A stretch of DNA of 64,000 nt. It comes from Acidobacteriota bacterium. Its GTDB lineage: Bacteria > Acidobacteriota > Thermoanaerobaculia > Multivoradales > UBA5704. This document shows positions 19,231 to 29,295 of this stretch, piece after piece (position 1 is the stretch's first letter; the number at the start of each line of letters is the position of its first letter). Where the stretch lies: NCBI GenBank assembly GCA_040005235.1, contig JBDTZG010000025.1, forward strand, positions 13,485 to 77,484. The letters are read 5' to 3'. The notes under the pieces are model-generated. The model saw nothing but the letters and a program-made list of their open reading frames with translations. It did no database searches and had not been told where the DNA came from. A program made the translations under genes and the position numbers.

Positions 19231-19710
19231 TCAGCGACGGGCAGATGAGCGCAAACTGAGGAGCGCCGCGGTCGCCAGAAGGAGCGCGAGGGGGGCGAGC
19301 TCGGGTCCGCCGAGCGCCGGCACATCGAGGACTCCCACGCCCCGTTTCACCAGGTCGGTCGGGTTGAGTCCGGGGAGGATGCGCAGGCCGCGCACGGCGA
19401 TCTGCGGTCCGGGTACGTTCGGCCGGAGGTCCAGCGTGCAATTGCGGCCGATACCGCCGCACGCCCCGGAACCTTGCAGAGCGGGCGAGAATCCCGGTCC
19501 CGCTTCGAGAACGACCGATTGGGTCACCGTCACCGTCTCGACGAACGTCGCGTTGCTTAAAACGATCACCGTGCCGCCGGGAGTGCCCTGCGCCGCGAGC
19601 ACCGCCCCCTGGATCGTCGGTTGATCGGTGGGGACGATTACGGTCGTGGCGAAAGAAGGAACGGCGAGAAGGAAGGCGCCGAAAACGACAGCATGACCTC
19701 GATGTGCCAG
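19231..19710 (-). CDS. Short exported protein with IPTL-CTERM-like sorting signal (possibly an internally deleted remnant)
   Basis: Signal peptide; VIVPTDQPTIQGAV beta-helix cap motif; C-terminus VPALGGPELAPLALLLATAALLSLRSSARR; start codon uncertain. Confidence 0.6.
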   Translation of the reverse strand: MAHRGHAVVFGAFLLAVPSFATTVIVPTDQPTIQGAVLAAQGTPGGTVIVLSNATFVETVTVTQSVVLEAGPGFSPALQGSGACGGIGRNCTLDLRPNVPGPQIAVRGLRILPGLNPTDLVKRGVGVLDVPALGGPELAPLALLLATAALLSLRSSARR

Positions 19711-19867
19711 GGGGACCTCTTTGAAGGCAGCGCTCTCTCTGCTGCGATGGTATCGCAAGCGAGGTGGTATTCTGTCCGGAACTTTTCCACCGGTGGCGTT
19801 CTTCAATTCGTCGTCCTCCTCTGCGCGCCAAGGCGCGACGCGAGGCGGAGATTTTGGGAGGTCCGCG

Positions 19868-22800
19868 ATGCCGTCTCCTCGAGCCCTTGGGTCGTTGTTC
19901 TTACCGCTCTGGATCGCCTTCGCGGTGCCGGCGTTCGGGCCGGTATCGAAGGTTGGCGCGCAGCCGGCGGATTCCGGGGTGGACGAGTGCTCGGCGGCGC
20001 TGCCGCTGCCCAGCGCCTTTCCGTTCAACAAGTCGGAGTACGAGCGGATCTTTGGCCGCTTCTTGCGGGCGGAGTGCTACAAGAAGCTCGGCTGGCCGCA
20101 TGACAAGCAGCTCCGTCCCACCGGTCCTACCGTAGCCGCTTTGGTCCCCGGGACCGATCCGCATATCCCCAAGTGGGTCCGGACGACGCTCGGCACCCAC
20201 CAAACGGTCGTCATCTACTACTCGCCCGACGTCTATCGTTGGATGTGCGAGAGGGACGCGGCGCACGAGAAGCAGTTCGTCGCCGAGTGCAAAAAGAGCT
20301 GCCCCACCTGCCGGCTCGACGGCAAAGAGCCTGCGCCGATTTCCGACGGCTCGATGATCTTGAAGCTGATGTACGGTGCCACCAACGCCACAGACCTGGA
20401 GAACCCGTCGATCCCCACGGGCGAGGCGAACATTTTCGCCACCATGGTCAAGGATGCGAAGGCGTCCAAAGACGGCTGGTTCTGGGGCAACTGGGAACCG
20501 CCCATGCAGGCGACGGAACTTTCGCAGCTCGACTGGCCGCCGCCGGTGAACCTGCCCTACCCGTGGATGGGATTTGGCTTCTACTGCGTGAACTGCCACG
20601 CCTCGGCCAAATCCGAGTCCACGTTTTCGGACCTGAACAACGTGCTCGGCAACCCCGACACCTTCACCAAGTTTTACTTCCAGGACCAGCCGCCGATCGC
20701 GATGGCCGCGGGCCACTCTCCGACAGAGAGTTTGGAGACGATCTCGGAGCACGAGAAGTTCGAGGTGGGGCAGGATCTCAAAGCCGTGGCCGGCTTGGTG
20801 CCGTGGAATAAGGTCCCCTGGCCAAACCCGAAGGTCAACCGGGTGAGCCAGCCCGGCACCGACTACTCCGCGGCGTTCCTCCAGACGTTCCAGGCGAAGC
20901 GGATCGTGCCGCCCGATTCGAAAACAATCACCGACCTTTACATGCCGCCGGAAGTCTACGACCACCGGCTCTCCGGACCGGAGGGGCCGCCGCCGTTCTT
21001 GACCTCCGACCAGTGCGTCGGCTGCCACGCCGCGGGCTCGACCGGCATCCATTTCGACATGACGGTGCAGAAGCCCGATCAGCCGGCGTTCACCAACCTG
21101 GTGAACATCGCCGAGTACGGCGAATGGCGCGGCTCGCCGATGGGGCTCGCCGGGCGCGATCCGATCTTCTTCTCGCAGCTCGAAACCGAGCAGGAGGCGC
21201 ACCCTTCGCTCGCCAAACTCGCGCCCGATATCTGCCTGCATTGCCACGGCGTGATGGGGCAGCGGCAGTTCTGCCTCGACCAGTTTCCGGACGACCCGAA
21301 GAAGGCGAACGAGGTCTGCAACAACAGCAACCTTCTGGGGCTGAACGAAAACTCGCAGCCGATCGTGCCGCGCCGTCTGTTCACCCGCGACCAGGTGAAC
21401 GCGATTCCGTTCCGGGCGACGACCGACGATGAGAAAAAGAACGCGAAATTCGGCGGTCTGGCGCGCGACGGTGTTTCGTGCACCACCTGCCACCACATCG
21501 AGATCGACGAGAAGACCCCCATCGGCCACACCTTCACGGGAGATTTTCGGACCGGCGCCAACGACGCCCTTCACGGGCCGTTCGACAAGCCGCAGCAGGT
21601 GCCGATGGATCACTCGTTGGGCGCCAAGCCGATCGAGTATCCGCTGGTGCGCTCATCGAAGGTCTGCGGCAGCTGCCACAGCGTCGTGCTGCCGGTATTC
21701 GACGGAGACAAGCCGTGGATTCGGCCGGGGACGAAGAAGCCCGAGATCATCATCGAGCAGGCGACTTACCCGGAGTGGGTATTCAGCGACTTCCGCGACG
21801 GCGGGCCGACCCCGAGGTCGTGCCAGAACTGCCACATGGCCTCGTCGTACCCGGGCCTCGGTTCGCCGCTAACGACCAAGATCGCCTCGATCCAAGAGGC
21901 GAGCAATATGCCGCAGACAGAGGAACGGCTGCCGCTGTCGGACATCGACCTTCAGCCGCGGACTCCCTATGGGCGCCACACACTCGTGGGCTTGAACGTC
22001 TTCTTCAACCTGTTCGCCCAGCAGTTCCCGGATATCCTTGGCATCCGAATTCAAGACCCAATGCTAGGCGGCACGGGAATCGCCCCGCTCACGACCACCT
22101 ACAACTCGATGATCCAACAGGCGGACACGGGTACCGCGACCGCGTCGGTGACCGGAGTGAGAACCACGGCGGATTCGCTCGTCGCCGAAGTAAGGGTCGA
22201 GAACATGGCGGGGCACAAATTCCCCTCGGGCGTCGGCTTCCGGCGCGCGTTCCTGACCTTCGAGGTGCTGGACGCTGCGGGCAAAGACCTCTGGGTCTCC
22301 GGCCGCACCACGGACACGGGGGTTCTGGTTGGGCCGAACGGTGCGCCGATCGACGGCGAGCTCATGTGGGGCAACGACTGCACGCCGATCCCGGGGGACC
22401 AGCAAAAGATCCAGCCGCATTACCAGACCATCACGCGCCAGGATCAGGTCCAGATCTACCAAGAGCTAGTGCGCGACCCGCGCGGCCGGCTGACCACCAG
22501 TTTCCTCTCGCTCGCAAACGAATCGAAAGACAACCGGCTCCTGCCGCGCGGCTGGACGCCGAGCCTGGAGCTGGGCGAAAAAACCGGCCTGGGTAGCCCG
22601 AAGCTCTCCGTCGCGGATTTGATCCACCGCATCCTGCCCGATCTGCCGGACGGCAAGGGCGGAACGGTGAACGACCCCTGGTACAAGCCGGTCTCCGAAG
22701 GAGGCAGAGGCGGGGGAGGGGACGAGCTGACCTACGCCGTGCCGCTTAAAGGATTGAAAGGCACGCCGGCCTCCGTGCGGGTGACCCTCTACTACCAGTC

Positions 22801-23020
22801 GATCCCGCCGTTCTATCTCCAGGATCGGTTCTGTTCAACCCCCAACCGGCCGGACACCTCGCGCCTCTTCTTCCTCGCCGGCCACACCGACTTCACCGGC
22901 ACCCGGGCGGAGGGGTGGAAGTTGTCGGTGGTGTCGTCTGGGAAGGTGGCTGTGGAGGCGAAAGTGGCGGGGGTGGAACGTCCGAAGGATGCGGTGCGGG
23001 CTGGGGGCGGGAAGAGGTAA
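19868..23020 (+). CDS. Multiheme c-type cytochrome with N-terminal cytochrome P460-like domain
   Basis: Six CxxCH (CVNCH, CVGCH, CLHCH, CTTCH, CGSCH, CQNCH); DGSMILK...MVKD...DGWFW; GHKFPSG; signal peptide, GGGAGG RBS. Confidence 0.85.
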   Translation: MPSPRALGSLFLPLWIAFAVPAFGPVSKVGAQPADSGVDECSAALPLPSAFPFNKSEYERIFGRFLRAECYKKLGWPHDKQLRPTGPTVAALVPGTDPHIPKWVRTTLGTHQTVVIYYSPDVYRWMCERDAAHEKQFVAECKKSCPTCRLDGKEPAPISDGSMILKLMYGATNATDLENPSIPTGEANIFATMVKDAKASKDGWFWGNWEPPMQATELSQLDWPPPVNLPYPWMGFGFYCVNCHASAKSESTFSDLNNVLGNPDTFTKFYFQDQPPIAMAAGHSPTESLETISEHEKFEVGQDLKAVAGLVPWNKVPWPNPKVNRVSQPGTDYSAAFLQTFQAKRIVPPDSKTITDLYMPPEVYDHRLSGPEGPPPFLTSDQCVGCHAAGSTGIHFDMTVQKPDQPAFTNLVNIAEYGEWRGSPMGLAGRDPIFFSQLETEQEAHPSLAKLAPDICLHCHGVMGQRQFCLDQFPDDPKKANEVCNNSNLLGLNENSQPIVPRRLFTRDQVNAIPFRATTDDEKKNAKFGGLARDGVSCTTCHHIEIDEKTPIGHTFTGDFRTGANDALHGPFDKPQQVPMDHSLGAKPIEYPLVRSSKVCGSCHSVVLPVFDGDKPWIRPGTKKPEIIIEQATYPEWVFSDFRDGGPTPRSCQNCHMASSYPGLGSPLTTKIASIQEASNMPQTEERLPLSDIDLQPRTPYGRHTLVGLNVFFNLFAQQFPDILGIRIQDPMLGGTGIAPLTTTYNSMIQQADTGTATASVTGVRTTADSLVAEVRVENMAGHKFPSGVGFRRAFLTFEVLDAAGKDLWVSGRTTDTGVLVGPNGAPIDGELMWGNDCTPIPGDQQKIQPHYQTITRQDQVQIYQELVRDPRGRLTTSFLSLANESKDNRLLPRGWTPSLELGEKTGLGSPKLSVADLIHRILPDLPDGKGGTVNDPWYKPVSEGGRGGGGDELTYAVPLKGLKGTPASVRVTLYYQSIPPFYLQDRFCSTPNRPDTSRLFFLAGHTDFTGTRAEGWKLSVVSSGKVAVEAKVAGVERPKDAVRAGGGKR

Positions 23021-23073
23021 GGCAGGCGCCGAGGCGCCACGGAGTCCAAAGCGGGCGTGCTATCTTGTGTGCC

Positions 23074-23316
23074 ATGAAAGCGGTCACCTTGCGCGCTCAT
23101 TTCGACGGAGAGAGCCTCCGTTTGGACGAACCTTGCGAGCTGGACCGGGGCGCTCCTTTGACGGTCACCATCCGGCCCCAAAGCGAAGAGGCGGAGGAAC
23201 GAGAGTCGTGGTTCCTTTTGGCGGCTTCCTCCCTCGCGAGAGCCTATGGGGAAGACGAGCCCGACTATTCCTTGGACCTGATCAAAGAGCCCAACCCTGA
23301 CTATGAGGGAAGGTAA
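23074..23316 (+). CDS. Antitoxin (DUF104/AF2212-like N-terminus)
   Basis: LRAHFDGESLRLDEP...LTVTI; acidic tail LARAYGEDEPDY; overlaps the toxin gene. Confidence 0.75.
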   Translation: MKAVTLRAHFDGESLRLDEPCELDRGAPLTVTIRPQSEEAEERESWFLLAASSLARAYGEDEPDYSLDLIKEPNPDYEGR

Positions 23317-23653
23317 CGTCGCGATCGCGGCCCTCCCTCAGGTCGATGGCGAGAAGAAAAACCGCCCTATCCTGCTCCTGCGGGAGATGCCTCGCCATCA
23401 GGACTTCCTCGTTTGCGGGATCAGCTCTCGGCTTCTAAGACGCATTCCCGGGTTCGACGAGCTGATCGTGCCTGCCGATGCTGATTTCCGCTCGAGCGGT
23501 CTCCTCTCCCCCTCGCTCTTCCGGCTCGATTTTCTCAATGTCCTTCATCGGACGAAGATCATCGGCTCCATCGGATCGGTCTCCACCGAACGCCACCGCC
23601 GGATCTTGAGCGCCCTGAGCAGCTATTTGCTCGGTGACCTTTCGATTCCTTAG
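23303..23653 (+). CDS. PemK/MazF family toxin
   Basis: GNVAIAALPQVDGEKKNRPILLL, CGISS, SGLLSPS. Confidence 0.85.
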   Translation: MREGNVAIAALPQVDGEKKNRPILLLREMPRHQDFLVCGISSRLLRRIPGFDELIVPADADFRSSGLLSPSLFRLDFLNVLHRTKIIGSIGSVSTERHRRILSALSSYLLGDLSIP

Positions 23654-23663
23654 TCTGCCGGGC

Positions 23664-23700
23664 CCTTTGGACGCAGGGTTCCTTCCCCGAGGGAAGGGGA
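23664..23700. repeat. REP-like element, left arm
   Basis: CCTTTGGACGCAGGGTTCCTTCCCCGAGGGAAGGGGA; imperfect inverted copy at 24431-24466. Confidence 0.65.
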
Positions 23701-23790
23701 GGGTTGGAGCCGGGAGAAGGACAGGATGGGGGTCGCCGTGATCCCGCGCAAACCGCCCCGCCGCGCTACAATCGACGCTCAATCAAGCCC

Positions 23791-24501
23791 ATGGCGTCAA
23801 AGAAACCCCCGCTGACCGGTTCGAAGCATCCACTACCGTTTGGGGCGCTCGGTCCCGAGCAGTTCGAGCGCCTCTGCCTCTGGCTTGTCAGGCGAGAGAA
23901 GTTCGAGCGAGTCGAACACCTTGGCGAAGCGGGGAGTGAAGGCGGTCGCGATGTCGTGGGTTGGAAGGCGGAGCGCCGCTGGGTCTTCCAATGCAAGCGG
24001 GTTCGGGTGTTTTCCCTGTCGCACGCCAAAAAGGAGATCACAAAGCTCCGCGCACTGCCGCGAGATCAACAGCCCGATAATCTGGTGTTCGTGGTATCGC
24101 GAGCAGTTAGCGCCGAAACGCGCGAGGCCATCCGGACGCTGTGGGGCGACGAGGCGACCTGCCACTTCTGGAGCGGTAACGAGCTGGACGAGAGAGTGAA
24201 GTGCCATCCGGCTTTGGTCGCCGAGTTCTTCGAGCTTCCGCCGGACACCTCGCGGTTGGGCCGCCTGATCAGCCTTCCGTACGCTTCCCTCGGTGAGCTT
24301 TTCCAAGGCCGAGAAGAGGTGCTCGCCTCCCTCCACCAGAAGCTCACGGATGGAAAAAGCGGGAAGGCGACCGCCATCGCAGGAAAAGCCGTCCACGGTC
24401 TCGGTGGAGTGGGGAAGACTCGCCTCGCGATCCCCCTCCCCGGGGGAAGGAACCCTTCGCCAAAGGATTTCTTGGACTCGACCGGCTTCGAACACCGGTG
24501 A
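23791..24501 (+). pseudogene. Truncated Mrr-like restriction endonuclease + NB-ARC (STAND) protein
   Basis: FERLC...GGRDV...FQCKR PD-(D/E)xK domain, then FQGRE...VHGLGGVGKTRLA Walker A; similarity breaks immediately at the repeat. Confidence 0.8.
24431..24466. repeat. REP-like element, right arm
   Basis: TCCCCCTCCCCGGGGGAAGGAACCCTTCGCCAAAGG, approximate reverse complement of 23664-23700. Confidence 0.65.
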
Positions 24502-24535
24502 TCGCTCGCACGCAAGGCCGTCGCGGGCGTCCCGT

Positions 24536-24962
24536 CGTGCAAAGTTGAGCGCCGTTAGTACGAAGCAAACGCCGGCAACCGGTGCCCCGCGTCCGAGCAC
24601 TGGTGCTCAGCGGCTGCGATGTGCAACATTGCGTCCGCTGTGTGCGTATCCGAGGCTCGCGCGGGGTGCTCGGCCGCTACGATGTGTTAGGCGGCGATGG
24701 GTTTGTACATTTGGGCCGCCCGGAAGCGCCTCCGAGAAGCGCCGCCGTCCTTCGTGGTTTCCGCGGACCGGTTCGCGGCGGTCTGTTTGTGCGTCCGCGA
24801 AGATATTTTGTGGGTCCCGACGAGATCCGACCAGCTCCCGCCGGCTGCGAAGCGGTGCCCGCGTGCAAGGCTGCACATCGAAACGTCAGCGCTGTACAAC
24901 GAAGCTCTGCGGAACTGAGTCCGGCTCGTGGGGATGTACAGCCGTCTCGCCGCGCTGTACAT
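24536..24962. repeat. 21-bp-phased array of TGTRCA-like motifs
   Basis: Motifs at 24536, 24557, 24620, 24641, 24683, 24704, 24788, 24809, 24872, 24893, 24935, 24956, all congruent mod 21. Confidence 0.7.
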
Positions 24963-24998
24963 CCGGAAGCCTCCGAAGCGCCTCCCGCAGCCCGCGGA

Positions 24999-25120
24999 CT
25001 ACCCCGTACACGGCACGGAGAGGCAGGTGAGGCCTCCCTCCGCCTTCTGAAGCTCCGAGAGGTCGTTCGTTTGGACATCGCACCCGCGCCCGGCGAGGAG
25101 ATCGCGGGTACGGGGGATAG
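24999..25120 (-). pseudogene. Duplicated 3' fragment of dimethylarginine dimethylaminohydrolase
   Basis: PRTRDLLAGRGCDVQTNDLSELQKAEGGLTCLSVP versus PRTRDLLARRGHEVVTIDVSELQKAEGSLTCLSVP of the intact gene. Confidence 0.85.
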
Positions 25121-25173
25121 ACCGCGAGGAGACGGCGACTTCGAAAGGGCGAAGCCTGGCTACGGGCGCCGCC

Positions 25174-25560
25174 CTATTCGCCGGCCGGGGGCTCCCAGAG
25201 TTCCACCTTGTTGCCATCCGGATCGATGACCCAGGCGAACTTGCCGTACTCCGACTCGTCGATCTTGTCGAGCACGTTGCAGCCTTCGGTCCTCAAGGCA
25301 TCGACCAGCGCGTGCAGGTCCGCGACCCGGTAGTTGACCATGAAGGGGGCGGTGCTCGGAGCGAAATAGGTGCTGGTTGCGGGATTGACGTTCCAGACGG
25401 TCGTTCCCGCCGTCGGATTTCCTTCCGAATCGGTCCAGCGAAACGACGCTCCGCCCCAATCCTGCACGTCGATACCGAGATGCTCCTTGTACCAGGCCCG
25501 GAGCGTGACGGGCTCAGGTGATTGGAAGAAGATGCCGCCGATACCCGTGACTCGCTTCAT
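25174..25560 (-). CDS. VOC/glyoxalase family protein
   Basis: MKRVTGIGGIFF, WYKEHLG, YGKFAWVIDPDGNKVELWEP. Confidence 0.92.
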   Translation of the reverse strand: MKRVTGIGGIFFQSPEPVTLRAWYKEHLGIDVQDWGGASFRWTDSEGNPTAGTTVWNVNPATSTYFAPSTAPFMVNYRVADLHALVDALRTEGCNVLDKIDESEYGKFAWVIDPDGNKVELWEPPAGE

Positions 25561-25612
25561 GTCGGTCTCCTGTTTGGATGGGGTGGAGGGTTCCCCGGTG
25601 CTCGATCCCGGC

Positions 25613-26383
25613 TCAACCCTCGAAAGGTACGCTTAGACAGGTGAGGCTCCCTTCCGCCTTCTGAAGTTCCGAGACGTCGATTGTCACCACCTCGTGCCCG
25701 CGTCTGGCGAGTAAATCTCGGGTGCGGGGAAAGCCCGCGGGGAGAAGGATCACTCCATCGACGGTGAGCGTATTCGCCGCCCAGGGCTCCTCCGCCGGTA
25801 GCGGGACGATTTCGACTCCTTGGAGCGCGGAGATGTCCACCCAGGCGGGATTGGCGAGGAAGCAGTCGTTTCCTGCGTAGGTCACGCCGGTTTTGAGGTG
25901 CAGGCAGTCCGTGAGGCCGACCGGCACCACCAGGTAGCCGAACGGACGGAGAATCTCGGCCAGCGCTTCGTGCGCCGCGGCGTTCGTTCGGGCGGAGCGG
26001 CCGACGTAGAGCGTCTTGCCGACGAGCATCACGTCGCCCCCTTCGAGCCGGGCTTTGGGGGGGAGCTGGACCAGCGGCCGGTAGCGGCCGACCGCTTCGG
26101 CGACGCTTTCGACTTCGCCCTCTCGGCTTGCCGCTCCGGGCCGGCCGACGATCGCGATTTCGTCGAGAACGACGATCGGATCTTCGACGAAGACCGCGTC
26201 CGGTTGGTCGGGCAATTCGGGCAGCCATTCGACGGTGAGCCCCGCTGCTTCGAGCGCTGTGGCGTAGGCACGGTGCTGCTCGGCGGCTTTCGGGAGATCG
26301 ATTGGCTCCCGGTCGCGGAACGAGAGCTCGCAATGGGCGAGCGACCGGCTGACCGGACGGACTAGGCCTCGTGGAATCGCCAT
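25613..26383 (-). CDS. N(G),N(G)-dimethylarginine dimethylaminohydrolase (amidinotransferase family)
   Basis: PDAVFVED, LEGGD, HLK, LTCLS catalytic motifs. Confidence 0.9.
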   Translation of the reverse strand: MAIPRGLVRPVSRSLAHCELSFRDREPIDLPKAAEQHRAYATALEAAGLTVEWLPELPDQPDAVFVEDPIVVLDEIAIVGRPGAASREGEVESVAEAVGRYRPLVQLPPKARLEGGDVMLVGKTLYVGRSARTNAAAHEALAEILRPFGYLVVPVGLTDCLHLKTGVTYAGNDCFLANPAWVDISALQGVEIVPLPAEEPWAANTLTVDGVILLPAGFPRTRDLLARRGHEVVTIDVSELQKAEGSLTCLSVPFEG

Positions 26384-26388
26384 AGGGT

Positions 26389-27051
26389 TCAACGGGCTTT
26401 CTTCCGGCCGCGCGGCAGGGAGGCGGAGCGCGGCGGTGCGGCGACGACGGGTTCGACCCGGTCGCCGCGCAGGTCGCCGAGGTAGAAGCCGGCCCAGAGG
26501 AGGAACGGCAGGCCGAGCTTGAACGGTAGGTCCATCAGGTGTTTCGAGAGACCGTAGACGTTCTGCGCGAACGAGCCGTAGTGGGCGGCGCTCCAGGGGC
26601 CGAGCCCCGTGGCGTAGGTGGATTTGACGATGAAGAAGACCAGCAGCACGTCGAAGAAGACGGTGATCCCGACCGCCCAGGCGAGGTTCTCCAGCCGGCG
26701 GCGCCAGGGGATGCCCGGAACGGCGAGAAACAGGGTGACCACGAGGATCAGGTGAAAATGGACATCGGTCAGCTGGAACCCATGCACCAGGCTTTTCGAC
26801 GGTGGAAAGTCGCGCCGCTGGATGAAAGCCGACTGGCTGTCGCGCGGCAGCAGGTTCGTGGCGTCCGGGCTCTCGGTCCAGTGGAGGAGGGTCTGCGCGC
26901 CTCCGAGCAACAGGCGATTGTAGAGGGGCGTCACGAGATACCAGACGACCGCGACCGGCACGATCAGGAGCAGCAGGTTCCGCACCAGACCGCGCATTCG
27001 CGGTGCGGACGGGGGGGAGACTTCGGCCTGCGGCTCGATCGGCTCTTTCAT
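26389..27051 (-). CDS. Exosortase H-associated membrane protein
   Basis: Several TM helices; immediately downstream of xrtH; ATG at 27051. Confidence 0.65.
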   Translation of the reverse strand: MKEPIEPQAEVSPPSAPRMRGLVRNLLLLIVPVAVVWYLVTPLYNRLLLGGAQTLLHWTESPDATNLLPRDSQSAFIQRRDFPPSKSLVHGFQLTDVHFHLILVVTLFLAVPGIPWRRRLENLAWAVGITVFFDVLLVFFIVKSTYATGLGPWSAAHYGSFAQNVYGLSKHLMDLPFKLGLPFLLWAGFYLGDLRGDRVEPVVAAPPRSASLPRGRKKAR

Positions 27052-27080
27052 GGGTGGCGACGCTCGGAGGAGCGGGTTCC

Positions 27081-27641
27081 CTATGCCGCCGTCTCGGTCG
27101 CCGGAGCGGGCCGGGGCAATCGGTTTGCCCAATAGATCCAGAGCAGGACGCTCGCCAGAATCACGATGGTCTGCCAGATCACGGTGTGCGAGGCGTTGAA
27201 GATCTTGGGAAAGTAGACGCCGGTCAAATAGAGGGCGACCACGCGGATCAGGTTGATCAATTGGATCGCCACGATGCCGAGCGCCAGGCCGGCGAATTTG
27301 GATTTCCAGGGGGCGGGGAAGGCGAGCACGGCGGCGAGGAAGATCAGCATCGCCTCCACCCCGTTGCAGCCGTTCTTGATGTTGACCGCGAAACGCGGCC
27401 CTTGAATCAGCGTGCCCTGCTGGTGGACCTTTTGCCCGAGCAAGTTGAGCGCCGCGGTGCTCGCCGAGGCGACCCCGCCGGTGAACGGCTCGATCACGTG
27501 GTCGTTTACCCAGTTGACCGAGATCAGCGCGAAGCTTGCGCCCAGGATCAAGGCGAACAGGACGAGGAACTGGATCTCCCGCCGGTTGGTCCTGAAAAAG
27601 CGGCCGATCCCAGAGGTCGGCTCCGAGGCTGGTGTGGTCAT
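27081..27641 (-). CDS. xrtH: Exosortase H (IPTL-CTERM specific)
   Basis: Catalytic triad contexts GCNGVEA, INLIRV, HTVIWQ; [10 protein letters not shown]. Confidence 0.85.
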   Translation of the reverse strand: MTTPASEPTSGIGRFFRTNRREIQFLVLFALILGASFALISVNWVNDHVIEPFTGGVASASTAALNLLGQKVHQQGTLIQGPRFAVNIKNGCNGVEAMLIFLAAVLAFPAPWKSKFAGLALGIVAIQLINLIRVVALYLTGVYFPKIFNASHTVIWQTIVILASVLLWIYWANRLPRPAPATETAA

Positions 27642-27772
27642 TGGCTGGGCATCTCCGAGAAAGACGAGCCGGATCGCAGGTGAAGCGAGGATTGTACCGC
27701 CAGAAGCCGGGCGCCAGAAGCCGTTTGACCTGCCGGCCCTCGGCGCCATATCCTCCGCCGGGTCCCGGACAC

Positions 27773-28332
27773 ATGCAGAGCAAGCTCACGCCGAAAGCGA
27801 CGATCCTCGAAGCGCCCGAAATGGCGCGGATCGTCCGTCGGATGGCGGGGGAGATCGCCGAGCGCAATCGGGGGATCAAAGACCTCCTCCTGATCGGCAT
27901 TCGCACCCGCGGCGTACCGCTCGCCGAGGCGCTGGCCGCCGAGATCGGCCGGATGGAAGGGCATCCGGTGCCGATCGGCATCCTCGACATCACCCTCTAC
28001 CGCGACGACCTTTCGACCATCGGCCAGCACCCGCTGGTCAAAGAAACCCACCTGCCGCCGATCGACGGGGCGGTCGTCGTCCTCTGCGACGACGTCCTCT
28101 ACACCGGGCGGACCGTGCGCGCCGCGCTCGATCACCTGGTCGATTACGGCCGGCCGCGCGCGGTGCAGCTCGCCGTGCTGATCGACCGCGGCCACCGCGA
28201 GCTGCCGATCCAGGCCGACTTCGTCGGCCGCACGGTCCACACCTCGGCCGAGGAATCGGTCGAGGTCCTGTTCCCCTCGACCGACGGCGGCGCCGAACAG
28301 GTCCGAATCCTTGAACGGACGCCTGCCGCCTG

Positions 28333-28333
<1 letters not shown>
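27773..28333 (+). CDS. pyrR: Bifunctional pyr regulator / uracil phosphoribosyltransferase
   Basis: [33 protein letters not shown]. Confidence 0.96.

Positions 28334-29291
<958 letters not shown>

Positions 29292-29295
<4 letters not shown>

Noticed and set aside
24554-24692. GTTAGTA / GTTAGGC as integron attC core sites
   Set aside because: No convincing complementary RYYYAAC box or L-box pairing and no integrase; both fall within the 21-bp array
24536-24962. CRISPR array interpretation of the periodic region
   Set aside because: The conserved unit is only about 6 bp; no 23-47-bp repeats and no cas genes
27642-27772. PyrR attenuator upstream of pyrR
   Set aside because: No recognisable PyrR binding loop or U-tailed terminator in the short divergent intergenic region
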